Source of the DNA: Octopus sinensis
Lineage: Eukaryota
Direction: 5' to 3'
DNA: 64,000 bases
Assembly (NCBI RefSeq): GCF_006345805.1
Contig: NC_042998.1
Span: forward strand, 59,086,001-59,150,000
Below the pieces are notes generated by a model. It was not told the origin of the DNA and ran no database searches. It saw nothing but the letters and a program-made list of their open reading frames with translations. Shown here piece after piece: positions 14,085-28,180 of the stretch. A program made the translations under genes and the position numbers. Each line of letters begins with the position of its first letter. The first letter of the stretch is position 1.

Positions 14085-14455
14085 ATGTAGCGAGCAGGCA
14101 GAATCATTAATGCAATTGCTTACCAACATTTCGTTTGGCTTTGCGTTCTGAGCTCAAAAGCCATCGAGGTTCACTTACCTTTCATTATTTTGGGGTCGTT
14201 AAAATAAGTATCAGGTTAGTGCTGGGGTCGATGAAATCCATTTATCCCCCGAAATCGCTGGCGTTATGACAAAATTTGAACTTATTATTTCTTCCATCTC
14301 CTTAAGTTCTAAATTCAGATCCTACCGAGATGAACTTTGCCTTTCATTTCTTTGTACTCCATAAAAGAAAGTACTAGTTAAGTACTGAGATCCAGGACAT
14401 TGACTTACGTCTCTTCTTAAAATTACTAGCCTTGTACCAAAATTAAAACCCATTA
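14085..14455 (+). mobile_element. Two degenerate family-B SINE copies in tandem
   Basis: Diverged versions of ...gagttcaaattccgccgaggtcgactttgcctttcatcctttcggggtcgataaa...agtacc. Confidence 0.7.
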
Positions 14456-15261
14456 TTGTGTTAAAATGTATAAGCATAAAATATCATTTCAAGTTGTTGA
14501 TGTACTATTCCTATTAATGTTTGCTAATATTCTCTCTTAATACATTTTTTTCTTTTTATTAAATGGGGGTGAATATCGTACTTTTAGTTTCCTTTAATAA
14601 TATAACACACAATGTGCAAGTTTTCTCCTTTCTTTAAACCAAACATTGAGTTCGAACATTATTCAGTGAATAAAATCTTGGTATAAGGTTTCTATTATTA
14701 TTATTACTTCTTAAAATGGGATTCTAACTCAGCTTTTATTCGTTTCGATGGAATTAATATCTATATTAGATTATTTGTACATGTTCTCACATCACAGTCG
14801 AATATTGTTCACATCTTAAATAATAAACATACAAGTCGACTATATATGGATCTAGTCACCATTGGCGAATTAATAATTTTGTCAAAATACTCATGGTTAG
14901 CTAAGGCTAAGTAAAGTACTTGCTTTGCTCGATCTTCACCAGATAGAGTACCACCCACCACACCTTTATTAAATCTTTGATGACTGAATTACGATTATAA
15001 CACAGTTATTCGATATGACATTCTCTTTTCATCTTCAATAACATTTACTTTCTTTCCCAAGAGAAGTTCCCATCCCATTTCTACTTAATAATGCAACCAT
15101 CATTTGTTATTAGAAACACGTCTACATAAAATGCAGTATTGTAGGATGATTTTTCTGATACTTCCAGCGGGCTGTTTGCTCCAACGATAGCATAAAAGGC
15201 TGAGATAGGGGTTTATATGTCCAGTGACAATAAACCCTAGTTAAAGATTTACTGGAATTAA

Positions 15262-15470
15262 AGGCGACGAGCTGGAAGAATCACTATCACGCTGGAAAAT
15301 GCTTAGCTGCATTTCTTCAGGTTGCAAATACAGAGTTCAAGGGCAGCAGAGGTCTACCTTGTCTTTCCTTTAGGGGCTGATAAAATAAGTATCAGTTGAG
15401 CTATGTGGTTGATACAATTGGCTAGCCTCCTGTCCCAAATTTTCGGGCCTTGTTTCTACAATAAAAAGAT
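15262..15470 (+). mobile_element. Degenerate family-B SINE
   Basis: ggcgacgagctggaagaatc head, gagttcaag B-box-like motif, gataaaataagtatcag core. Confidence 0.7.
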
Positions 15471-15869
15471 GAAAAGAAAATTCCATTAGAATTATTATTA
15501 AAAATGCAACGTTTATTTCGACTAGCCACTGGTTGAACTGGTTTACAAGGCGTTCACTACAACTGATCTAAAATGTCAGCAAACACAATTTCCTTATAAG
15601 TTCAACGTTTTTGGTATTAATCTTAATTGCAATGAAATCTGCAACTAATTTCACCTTTCTCTTATCTTAGTGTTCGGTTCAATTATCACCAGACATATTT
15701 CAATAGTTTCCTATTTTCAGTTTAGAAATTATTGTATCGTATCGACCTTACCATAAATACCATTTTTGGCATTATAAATTTTTCTTTTTTAAGTTTATTG
15801 AAATTTCTAATAACTTTTGCCGATACATAATTATTTTAAGAAAATTATTGCAAAGTAGATTTATTGCAG

Positions 15870-17170
15870 TGTCAGATCCACCGACGACCTACAATTTCAA
15901 ATCACTCACCAGTGTCTATCTCTTTATCTGTTGTTGCTGAAGACATAAGTAAAGCCTTCGACCGTGTCTGGCGTGCAAATCTCGTATTCAGCTTTCTGTC
16001 TATGGGTTCTATCCATCTCTTATTTCTTGGATTTGTAGCCTCCTATCAGTTCGCACCATTGCAGCTCTTTCTGAACCACACTCTATCAAATGCTTTCCAC
16101 AATCAACTCCGGTGTTTTCCAGGGTTCCGTCTCGTCCTCCATTCTCTTCTATTAATTGCTTCCTTGCCTCCACATCTAGCAAAACACACTCTTACGCAGA
16201 TGTCATGACTCCTCATCACCACTGATCTTCTCTAACCATGCATCATCGACACGTAGCAAGCTAGACATAAATTGATTTTATAAACGAAGACCTTCAGAGT
16301 ATGCGCCTGTGGAGACATGGCAATCTTGTCTCTTTTAACATTATAAAACTCAGACACAACTTATGTCAACAAAACCACCATCACAACACACCCTCTCTAA
16401 ATAGGAGCTACATTCTTTTTTAGAGATCCCTGTTTAGAGACTCAACTACATCCCTCACAATCGCTCCACATACTGAACCTCAACAGCACCGAAGTTTTCT
16501 GTAGGCAAAAACTTATCCTTAACATAGATAGGGTGGCATCCCCAACACTAGTCCTTCTCTGTAGGACCAGCAAATATTTTCTCCCTCAACGGTTGCTCAT
16601 ACTCTTCAGAATTACTGCTGATAGTTTTAGATTATTTGCAGAAATTTTGTTTTGTTGTGACTGGCCAAACATGAAGCTAATAATTGATCATTAGTTGAAT
16701 ATAGGGAAATGCAAGCGGTGATGTTTTGGTCGCAATTTATGTTTCAATATTATTTCTGTCTTAACTAATTAAACTACATCTGCACTATATTTTAGGTGTA
16801 GGCAAACAAACGGTGTTTTTTCTACTCATCTGAGACAGTGCTACTGTTAAGCACGCTGGCTTCCTTGATCTCATAGTGTCTCTGGCGCACAGGCGTGTTG
16901 TGTTTTGTCTTCTATTGCCATTATAATTGTTCCTGCTCTTCGGAGTAGGCTGAGTTATACATCCACCACTGAGGCACCCGAGTCTACTCATCTCTCCACC
17001 CCTCGGTACTATGCACCATCTTCCTTCACTGCACTAAGCACAATATGTCCAATCCGTCTACACCGCAACATCAGCCATCAGGGAGCTTCTTCCAGTTTTC
17101 CTATATGCTGGTGGTGTTGACCTGCAACTCTCTAAATGGAACATTAACCGCATTAGTCTCATCAGTTTCA
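15870..17170 (+). mobile_element. Old CR1/jockey-group LINE remnant (RT and 3' end)
   Basis: Frameshifted motifs DISKAFDRVW, INSGVFQGSV and HSYADV, followed by a degenerate C-terminal segment near 16850-17170. Confidence 0.7.
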
Positions 17171-18242
17171 GATGGCATGCTTAAGTCACGGACTCTACAT
17201 CTTCCAGATTCAGTAAGTAAAATAGAACAGTAAAAAATCCATATACTACCTGCGTTCTATTAAGGCATAAACCATTTAATATATGTGAAATTCTAAAGTC
17301 ATTCTACTAATGGATTTCATTTTATATATTGCACCCTTAATATGATTATACAACAAAGCAGCAGTCTCACACAATAGGGTTTCATAGAGTAAAGGAGAAA
17401 TTGGAGAAATAGCACACACGAAAATGAAAAGTGTCACTGAAGAGGTCACAAATGAGTGACAAAACATTTCCGGATAATGAACATGAGTTAAAAGAAAAAA
17501 AAAAAAGGACATTAATAAACGAGTGAAAAAATATATATAGTGCGTGTGTATATTTGGTAAAAAGAAAAAGTGACCATCCTGAAATACAATATTTCGTTCA
17601 ACTATATTATGTAACAACGTTTTTCATACACAACATATAGTACAGGTGTGGTTTAATTATTAAAGATACAAACAGTATAAAAGTGTAATTCGTGGCCAAC
17701 TCATTATCCCTTACATTTCCCTATATTAAACTAATGATCCATTATTGTTTGGTTAATTATAACAGAACAAAATTACTGCTGAAAGGCAATCTCCTTTGAA
17801 TTCAACTCTATTATATTACACAACTAATAACTTGTAAACATTTTGACAGAATGTAATTAACAGAGTACCGAGATATCAATTTCCTCTAAATATATTACCG
17901 CGCGCTCGTACATATGTTCTGTTACTAAGCCACTGAAGGAGAGAGTCTATTGTAATTTCATATCACTTAGCCTTAGTTCAAGAAGTGATAGCAAAGCATC
18001 TGAGCAAAGATTGTTTCGGAGCAGTCGAGCACCAAGAAAAAAATCAGTGTATATATGTTTATAATGCATATATATATATACATTTATATACATACATATA
18101 TACATGCCTGCGTGCATCCATATATGCATACATACATACATACTTACATACATGCATGCATACATACATATATACATCTACTGCATATGTGAGGAATTCT
18201 GTCTGTGGGTGTGCTTACTCTTTACTCTTTTACTCTTTTACT

Positions 18243-18572
18243 TTTTTCAGTCATTTGTCTGTGGGCATGCTGGAGCACCACATTTCGTCGAGTAAATCGA
18301 CCCCGGGACTTATTCTTTGTAAGCCTAGTACTTATTCTATCGGTCTCTTTTGCCGAACCGCTAAGTTACGGGGACGTAAATACACCTGCATCGGTTGTCA
18401 AGCGATGTTGTGGGACGGGTAAACACAGACACATAAAAACTTGCATATATATATATATATACACACATATATACGACGGGCTTCTTTCAGTTTCCGTTTA
18501 CCAGATCCACTTACAAGGCTTTGGTTGGCCCGAAGCTATAGTAGAAGACACTTGCCCAAGGTGCCCAAGGTA
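18243..18572 (-). mobile_element. Family-A SINE, 5'-truncated
   Basis: Reverse complement aligns to 45998-46380, including the ggtgctccagcatg..cagtc tail. Confidence 0.85.
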
Positions 18573-18729
18573 AAGTGAACTTTCGGTAGTGAAATAATTC
18601 TTGTACGAAGAACTATGAAGTACAGGTATAGTCGAATAAAATATAATAATGTCGGAGATGTACTTGTTTGGCGAGCGATTTGACCTGAGACTGTATCTAA
18701 ACTGAAACAATCATAGCATTAAAGACATC

Positions 18730-18757
18730 TTAACCACACACACACGCACGCACGTAC

Positions 18758-18819
<62 letters not shown>

Positions 18820-19489
18820 ACACACACACACACACACACTGTTGAGTTCATTTAGACATTTATTATTTGGTGTCAAAATTTATGTCTCTGAAATTGCACC
18901 GCGGTCTTACGTTCTTCTCTCTACATCCTCTTAGTAGTACATACCATGTGCTTTCAGCCATAGCACCCTTATTACAGAGGTGCTTCACCAAGATAAGACC
19001 AACTTTTCATCACGTTTTCATCAGGAGAACGCTAGTTTTATTACATCAGTAATTCATTCAAAAATGAAATTCGTTCGCCTTCAGGTCTAAGACGTGCGTT
19101 AACTTAAACAAACGAGACCGTAGATAATCATGAAATAAACTAGGAGTTTGAGAAGTAAGAAATGTAGCAGATGGATGCAAAGCAGATTAAAGCAGTTGAT
19201 GTATGTCACAAATGCAGGGGAAAGGAACACTAGGCTAGCGTTTGAATGCTTTCCAAGTTTTAGAACTGGGCTAAAGGGGAAGCAGATCCATCAATGCCAC
19301 CCCATCTTCTGTTATAAATCAATACCAAGTTAGAACAATACATTATTTGAAACAACAAACATAAAACATATGCGAATACTATCTGAAGACCAAATTCTTG
19401 TAAGTGGACATCGATTTGAGAAATTATCTTATGTGTATAGCCATCATTCATTCATTCGGTTCTTCCATTATTCTGTTTTGGTTTCTTTG

Positions 19490-19563
<74 letters not shown>

Positions 19564-19711
19564 GAGTACACACCACACATACACATAAACACACCACACA
19601 CACACACGCACTTACACACATCTGTATATATGTACGTTTGTTATCAATTGTTAGCTATACAATTTATGTATATGCGCAATATCTTACGATATGTATGTAT
19701 GCATGAGTTCT

Positions 19712-19798
<87 letters not shown>

Positions 19799-19870
19799 CA
19801 TAAACACATATTTATATGTCTGTATATTATATATACATATATATATATACATATATATATCTATATATAT
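18730..19870. repeat. (CA)n tracts (about 18735-18840 and 19492-19620) and (TA)n tract (about 19712-19870)
   Basis: Direct observation; unique sequence lies between the tracts. Confidence 0.8.
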
Positions 19871-20669
19871 GTGGTCACACATATATAAACACACATGCGT
19901 GCTTTCATTCACACACAAACATACACGCACACTATTTACAAATACATATGCTCCTACAAGCAATTTATTATGGAAGAATATAACTTAGTAGATGCTTGAT
20001 TTATTCATGAAACACACGTGTGATTGCAGATACACACTAATGCATATATGAAGACATATACATATAATCATACAGACACACATACAAACGCCAGCAAGAC
20101 AAACATAATATACACCCGAACGCATATACCTACATCCCACACACCTAGTAAGCAGCAATTCGAATTATGCAATCTAAACCAACATATAAATCACTAATTT
20201 CTTTGGTAAACTGACAATTACCAATCATAATTTTTGTAGCAAAATGATGAACATATTAACAGAGATGAGAGCGAAGAAAAAATCTCCATAGAATATAAAC
20301 AGGAAATAAATGTATACATTAAGATTTTATAGGCTTACCATTATGAATGAGATGCAATACATCTAAAGAAAGGTGATTGGAGTGTCGCTTGTGCAGAAAA
20401 TACTCTACGGCTGCAACACTAAGAGGATGTCTGGACGTTAATAAGAAAGGTGGTCTGCAAGTGTTGACCCCTAACTGTCTTTTGACATATTGTATAGTTG
20501 ATGATGTTATTTATGAGTGTGTGGTTAAGAAACTCGTTTGCAACTACGTGGTGTCAGGTCGATTTACACTGCGTGATATACTGAGTCCTGAGTAAGGATC
20601 TTCTACTATAGCTTTTGCACCGAACAACCGTGTTGTGACTGGATTTGATGGACGGTAATTGTATATATA

Positions 20670-20888
20670 CGAGGGATGGGGTGCTGAAAATCTACTGGAA
20701 TGGGGTGAAAGAAAATAGGAGGATTGGTTAAGTATGATTTTTTTTCAAGATATTCCCCTTTCAGATTCACACATGTATTGTAGTGGTCCTTTAGTTTTTC
20801 TAAGCCCTGTAAAAGAACTTGGAAGGTGGGGCCTCCAGCCAGGCCTTTCTCGAAATCCTCGACGCAAGGAACTTTTCAGCCACCCTCG
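20670..20888 (-). mobile_element. Short non-autonomous mariner derivative
   Basis: Imperfect TIRs (CGAGGG..GCTGAAAA) flanked by TA on both sides. The interior encodes only the transposase C-terminus, KAWLEAPPSKFF/QGLEKLKDHYNTCVNLKGEYLEK. Confidence 0.7.
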
Positions 20889-21269
20889 TATATATATATA
20901 TATATATATATTTATATTTTTCGTATAGTAACATTATTTTGGGAAAAATAACAGTTTTCGTATTTTCTTTTCAAATTTCTCAAATTTCTTTACCTATATT
21001 CTGTCATCTCTTCACTATGTTGAGAAATATGGACCTCTAGACAGGGGAAGGCACTCAGGGATTTTTTCGTTCCAAGGGGGATAATCAAAATTGTTAGGAA
21101 CGACTAGGTTTTACTAATTTAACACGATTTGGTTTTAAAAGAATAGAATGTTACAAGTAATTAGGTTTTGCTTTATATTTTTTCAATGAGATAAGTTTCC
21201 TTATTTAAAAATGGCTAGATTTTGGCTTATATTTTTCAATGAAGTAGGCTTACTTATTTAATCTAACTT

Positions 21270-22005
21270 ATGTTGGTGTTCCAATGGCACATTGATAAAA
21301 TGGAAAGATTACAAATTGTGGTAGCAGTTGCTTTGCGCATTTCTCAATATGTTCTCTAAAGGGTATCATTCTGTATTCTGGGAATGCAATCTGCTCTCGG
21401 TGTAGAGTGCATCTGTGTCTGAGCGATAATTCCGTGGACCCTGTGTAGTTTCGGTGGCAGCCCGAGTATCTTATAACATAAATCAGGTTTTGTGAGGCGC
21501 CAGTTAAGTCAGATTTCATTTTGAAGTTTTTGTCCCTCTTTGAAAAGGAATTCTCATCCTTCTAGAAGGTTTGGGCATGGTGCGCAATTTGGCTTACCAC
21601 GTTTTTTTTTATTCTTGCGTCCGATATTTTAGAAAATAATTTTGCTTTTGTGAGGATCTTTTTTAGTGATTTCGGTTGTTTGTGGCTTTTAATGATTTTA
21701 TTTGTGTGTAAAATTTCTTTTAATTTGTGGTCCTTGTTTAGCATTGGTAAATTTTGGGTGATGATGGTGAATGCTTCTTTGATTATGGGTTTGTATGTGG
21801 ATATACACGGCAGTTTTCTCGGGGAAGGTGTGTTGCTGTGTTGAACTTTTCTTGAGGTTTCTATGTCGATTTGTGTTGTACGTCTGATTCTGTCCTCCAT
21901 GAATTGAACTGGGTAGTGTTTGTCAATTAGGGTGTTTTTGAGTTCTTGCAGTCTGAAGTCTCTGGTATTTTTTATTTTCTTTTGCTTCTTCTGCTTTCGA
22001 AGTCT
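21270..22005 (-). mobile_element. Penelope-like element remnant (linker and GIY-YIG endonuclease)
   Basis: LQELKNTLIDKHYP...KLPCISTYKP...KQPKSLKKILTKAK, then LIYVIRYSGCHRNYTGSTELSLRHRCTLHREQI (ORF 21268-21519), a degenerate GIY-YIG domain. Confidence 0.85.
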
Positions 22006-22029
22006 GATTCTTATTTTATTTCTTCTTAT

Positions 22030-22141
22030 GGCGAACCGATATGTTATGGGGGACGTAAACAAACCCACAACAGTTGTCAAGCGGTAGTTGGTGATGAACA
22101 CAAGCTGAAATCTTAACACACACGCATACACGCTCTGTACC

Positions 22142-22179
<38 letters not shown>

Positions 22180-22260
22180 ATACGAGATCCCATGCAGTTT
22201 CCGTCTTCCAGCTCCACTCACATGTCATTGTTTCTCATTTTGTATTGTTCTAACCTGGTA
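22030..22260 (-). mobile_element. Fragmented family-A SINE
   Basis: gaaccg..gttatgggggacgtaaac..gttgtcaagcg and cagtttccgtct match family A. Confidence 0.6.
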
Positions 22261-22394
22261 CTTTACTTATATAAATGAGACGTAGTGCATTGATAGATTT
22301 GACAACATCCCCATCTTTAGCTTAGTTTTGGATCTTGCAAAGGATTCGAACAGAAATGTGCTTTCCCTTCTTACACCAGTTGTGGCATGTATCA

Positions 22395-22580
22395 TCATCA
22401 TCATCATCATCGTTTAACGTCCGTTCTCCATGCTAGCATGGGTTGGACGGTTCGACCGGGGATCTGGGAAGCCAGAAGGCTGCACCAGGCTCCAGACTCA
22501 TCTGACAATGTTTCTACAGCTGGATGCCCTCCCTAACGCCAACCACTCCGTGAGTGTAGTGGGTGCTTTTTACGTGCCAA
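22395..22580 (-). mobile_element. SINE or LINE 3' fragment with (GAT)n tail, family D
   Basis: catcatcatcgtttaacgtccgttctccatgctagcatggg...agctggatgccctccctaacgccaacc; tandem-trinucleotide tail typical of RTE-mobilised repeats. Confidence 0.6.
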
Positions 22581-24943
22581 CTGGATATATTTGATTTTTA
22601 CCCATATTACATAGCTCCTGCTTCTTAAAACCTTTGATTATCAACAGAGTGGCTTCATCAATTAAACGTGTATGCAAAGCTTGTTTGTATGAATTCTTGT
22701 CGTTCATTATTGTTATCTTGTTGGAACCTGGATACTACTTTGTTGATATCTTGATGATGCTTTGATGATGCTTTGGTGACATGGTAATGATACTTTGGTG
22801 ATATCTTGATGAAGCGACCTAGTGTTTAGGATGTTCACAGTGAGATTATATGGATCGATCGGATGTGATTTGAGTGCAATTTAGCTTGTAGCATATCAAA
22901 TGACTGGATAGAGGCTTGAATCTCATTTAAAATAAGTTTAACAGAATAAAAAGGGCAATTTTAATATGTGGCCCCTAAATCTCGACCTCTGCAACTGTCT
23001 CATATTTGGGGAGATTGACACTGCTGGTACCAGGCCCGAAACTTTGTATTATTAAGATGCACTAAGCACGGAGCAGCATTATGATATGGCCAAAAAAAAA
23101 AGAAGTTAAGAGAGGCGATGTCTTCTTTTACGGTAGTAACCTCTTCAGCTAGGGTTTCTTTCTCATTTTCTCACTTTCTCCCCAGTGGCCATTGAAATCC
23201 CATAAAATAAATGGGCTCCTTCTCTCCTACTCCAAATCATCAAAATGAGCTAGAATATAGCATATTTATTAATATTCCTCCAACCCTTCATAAGCTATCG
23301 TTAAGCCTTACAAAATAACATTGTTAGAAAGCATAGTAATGTTAAATGCCTCAGTTTATCAAGTATCATATTATTAAATCAGAGGGGCATTGGCAGAACC
23401 AATACAGCATGAGGTAGAATACCTTGCGCTATTTGTTCCAGCTTTCTGCAGTTCTGAAATCCACCGAGATCAAATTTATCTTCCGACATTTTAGAGTCTA
23501 TAAATAGAGTACTTGTGAAGTGCTGCTGTAGTTTTGCTCTCTCTCTTTCTGCTTCTATCTGTCTTATTTGAGATGTTCCACATGGTCAACAAGGGTAGCT
23601 CTTCGCGGCTATATGGACACATAAAACTATTAGTGATAACATGATAAACGTTGATACCAAACTATATTCGAAAGTGAGCGGCAGCGGTTTATATTGACAA
23701 AATGATTTATTGATGAGTCACGTATTCATTCTGCGTTCGTTAGACTTGTACGCATTTTATTATCGCTTTAATTACATTAGAAAAATTAATGAACGTGACA
23801 TTTTCCTATTTTATATTTCCTTTAATCATAATTTTCGGGCTTATTTTTATAAAATTCTCGAATTGCAGAATGTATTTTCATTTAGTGTTACAAACCCAAT
23901 TCTAACCGTGTTGAGTGAATATTTGGTTTTTGTTTACAATAATTATCTACCCATGGCTCCGAAAAAACCTTTCAATTTCCCGAGTTTCCTTCTTCAAAAA
24001 TATATCAGAGAAAGGCTGCAGGTGGTCACTCAACCTGCTGGAAATGAAAAGTAAGTCTTCATCAAACTGCACATATTAAGTACCCTATTCAGGAATACAC
24101 TATACCTGAAAGAAAAAGCGGGATTGTCATCACTGAGATGTCTTTGATCGTTGGTCTGCTCAAACAGTTTTAACCTTTGCTTCTATCTTTACACTGATAA
24201 GAAAACATTCATTGGAGAGACTGCTAGTAAAGAAGACATCACAGCAGCTGGTTCTTGGATCGACACTAACGCATTGGTCTCAAAATCTTTGAGTTCGACA
24301 CATTACTTATTCTGCCAATAAAACTTTTAATATTTTGCTTTCAATGGGAATAAATTTAAATAAGAGATATCAGATTATTTTCGATGTTTGAAGTCATAAA
24401 CTGAAGTAGGAAGATCAAGCGTAACATATCTTATTGGGTCAAACTGAATAGTTGAATTACTTATTGCTGTTTCAGGTAGTCCGAGATTATTGTAGAGGTA
24501 TAAATGACTGAAGTTAGTATGACTTTTACTCAGGTAAATTGAAGGATAGAAGTGGTGGTATGAAGGATGTATGATGTGAAATTGTTATTTTCATAACTTA
24601 TCAGTTTCTTGCAGCTTTAAGCTGTGCTTGTCTAAGGCATACATCTCACATTTATAATAAATTGAACTGGGTCAGTGAGAGTATTCAAAGTTATCCGTAA
24701 ATATAGCGCAATGCTGGTTTTTAATATATATATATATCTGTAAAATAATATGTGACAATTATTCGGTAGCCAAGATGGCCAGATAACCGAAGAGATGGTG
24801 GTGTGGATTTCCACCTCGGCATCCAAAACTCAGAGTTTTATCTTGGTTACCGAATAATTGTCACATATTATTTTACAGATAAATTTCCTCTATTTACATA
24901 ATATTGAGGTCTCTTTCTTTCTTTTGTTATCTTACCGTTTTTA

Positions 24944-24949
<6 letters not shown>

Positions 24950-24993
<44 letters not shown>

Positions 24994-25007
24994 TATATAT
25001 ATGTGTA

Positions 25008-25046
<39 letters not shown>

Positions 25047-25100
25047 GTGAGTGTGTGTGTGTGTGTGTACATTTACATATATGTATCTGTGTGTGTATTT
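24950..25100. repeat. (TA)n/(TG)n microsatellite
   Basis: Direct observation. Confidence 0.9.
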
Positions 25101-25249
25101 GTCTTGTATTTGTCTGTAATACAATCCTATTCTAGAATCTATCAGCTGATTGCAAATGAGGTAGAATATGTTGACTGACATACTTTACAGTTTAGATAAC
25201 ACAAATAGTTGATAAAAAAAAGTAAGTGTGGCTCAAAACATAATGAAAG

Positions 25250-25470
25250 TTACTAAATCTTTTCGTGAAAATTTCGATCTTTCGAATGCCAAAAATTGAT
25301 TATCAGAATTTCTTGGTCTTCGCCAGCCGATAATTTCCGCAATAAACTCAAAAGTCTTTTACTATATATAACTTCAGACACAAAACAATTAAAATAGTGG
25401 AATAGTATGTTAAGCTTTAGTTGGTTCACTGTCATACAAACATTGCCAGAGGGTCTGTCGTTATGCATAG
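25250..25470 (-). pseudogene. Possible early exon of the SHOC1-like locus
   Basis: ORF 25253-25468: NILF...RLLSLLRKL..ED...RNFHEK weakly parallels the recalled SHOC1 N-terminal GILF...LLSRLKLF..KD...NFSRE. Confidence 0.25.
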
Positions 25471-27409
25471 GATTTACAACATCTTAATAGAACAATACTT
25501 GTAAACTCAATCAACATAAATACACAGAGTGCGAGCAAGTAGACAGTCACGTTTAATACTAACGATTTTGTATGTAGCTTTAAAAAATATAGCCGTAGAT
25601 CAACAAAGTTAAGTGTTTTGCCTGAGGTGTTAAAACAATGTCTGCAGTGATATAAGAATTCGTGACACGGGAATGAGATGTAATCAGCTTCCACTATCCA
25701 GCAATTAGAGTTTTCATTCATTTTTGTATCAATTGCCTTTCAATTTCCTCGATAAATGTTTTGTTCACTTCTATTTCTCTTTCATATATACCATAAATCA
25801 TTTGCTTTGTCCACTATTTTGTTAATGTATATTTTTCTCTATTTCATACTCCTTCATTGAGTGATTTATATCCTTCAATTTCTTACTTTAATAATTACTT
25901 AGAGGAAGAATTATCATCATCGAAGACCATTATGCAAAGCTTCCAAGACCGGCGAAAGAAAAGAGAATAAATAACGACGCATTAATTACTCTCAGAATGG
26001 AGATCTGAGCCTTCAACAGAGCCGTCTTCATTAAAGGCACAAATCAGGTAGGATATGGAATCAAATCGGGTAAAGTATGAAGTCTAGCTTCCAATAGCAA
26101 GTACAGACCATTTGCTGGGTTTCCGTATAATTTCTTTTTTCTCAGTTACTTGACAAAATTTCGGTTGAGCCGATATATAGGCAACTTATTATTTAAGGTG
26201 CAGCATTGTGTGATGCAGTCAAATACAGAACCACATGAATTGAGTGTAAACTACTAAACTGAACCGCGACAGCTTCATTACAAAAAAAAAATGTGTTAGC
26301 AATTTTCATTAGTTTAAAGTAATTATGCTATATCCTTTTCCATTATGGATTCGAATCTCGCCAAGGTCACCTTTTTCGTTCTACCTTCCAATCCTATACG
26401 GCATACACTCAATAAAAATCGTCCCAAAATCACTGATATGACCATATCTGTCTCAATTCCTTGAACATACATGACGCTCACTGGCACAATGGAAGGAAAG
26501 AGAAACGTGTAAAGTAGCTGGCCCTGGGATTAATCACAAATAGTTCGAGCCCTTATAGAAGCTAACCCAAATTTTATAAAGCACGCTACAGTGCCGACAT
26601 AGATATATGCACACACGTGCACATATATACGTATACACAGGCATGCACACGCATACACACATATATTTGAATTAACAGAATGGCAAGGGTATAGGAATTA
26701 TGAAACCATCTTCATTCGCTTACATCTGTGTCTGCCTGTGTCTGCTACACGGTGATGAACAAGTAATCAAGTCTAAGTGCACTTCCTCCTATTGCAGAAG
26801 CAGCTGTTAAGTTAACGAAACTGATTACGCTCTTCCTGTTCCTTTGTCATACTATTTATTCAAGTACGCTCTGTATTTGCCTAACGTTTTATTCTTAAGC
26901 ATTTAAATTATATATATTCCTGGTTATGGCATATAAATTGTCAGAAAGATACCGATGGTTTCACGCCTACTGTTGCTCTTAGATTATATTTTACCATTTA
27001 CTGCGGCCATGCTGGGGCAGCGCAGTATTGCCAAGTATAAGAGCAGGCGCGAAATTGTCAGTAACTTTTTGGCCATTTATATGGTATATTCAGGAATATA
27101 CTGATAGACAATATAAAATTATAACCACTTAATTTCTGTTTTGAAGTGGTTTTTTCTGACTTGTAGCTATATACATATGATATGTTAGGATATGACTATT
27201 TCAGTATCAAGTTTATGTGCACTGGCCACACAAGAGAAGAAACAATACATTAAAATGCTGAAAAAAACTTCTTTATTTATATATTGTGCATCCAGAGGCT
27301 GGTAGTACAATCCTTTTGAAAGCAATATGTATGTGTGCTTGTATGTAAAAATAAGTAGATGTATGTATAGAGAAAAACATATATATAGAAAGATAGCGAG
27401 CGAGAGAGT

Positions 27410-27690
27410 TACATACATAAACATATATATACATACATGCATGCATACATACAAATACACATACATACATACAAATATAAACATACATACATAAGTATAT
27501 ACATACACACATATATGTGTATATACATATACATATATATACATATATATGTGTATATACATGCACATAACATATGTACATACGTATTTACACACACACA
27601 CACACACATACACACACATATATATATATATATTATTATATATATATATACATGTAATATATATGTGTGTGTTTGTATTTATATACATTT
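27410..27690. repeat. (TACA)/(TA)/(CA) compound microsatellite
   Basis: Direct observation. Confidence 0.9.
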
Positions 27691-27959
27691 TATTGATGAC
27701 CTTATATCTGTATTTTTATGTCTCTCTTTGATTTAAAGAGTTGCATAAACAGACAATGCTACTGTATTCATTACATCTGATACGATATCTATCAAGATAA
27801 TATATTTAAATTCCACTTAATCATTGCATATCCAATAACAGTTTCTAATATCCTGAGAGAAGAGCGCAATCGTATTTATATTTTCTACTGTTAATGTATT
27901 AATAGATTACAGCATGACAGGAATAAATAACAATCCCGCCCTCATAGAATTTTTTGTGT

Positions 27960-28180
27960 TTCGCGATCTTTCTGTAGAGGAATACGTGGCAATGGTTTTG
28001 AGAATAGAGAATAGTTCAACTCAAGTGTAGCTATTTTGTAAAGTGTAAAGGCTGAACAAATCAAACGAAATAAGTATGCATTACATATAATGAGTGAACA
28101 TGAAAGCTTCACATTAAGGACATTTTCAATCGTGTAATCAACTAAAAATATCAGTCTAGTGAATAAAGGGAAAACAGCAT
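27960..28180 (-). pseudogene. Candidate first coding exon of the SHOC1-like locus (frameshifted)
   Basis: ATG at 28180 (MLFS), then in another frame LVDYTIENVLNVKL...FSKPLPRIP. This resembles the recalled SHOC1 N-terminus AIDYLYENVVRKKF...FRRPWTRVS. Confidence 0.35.
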
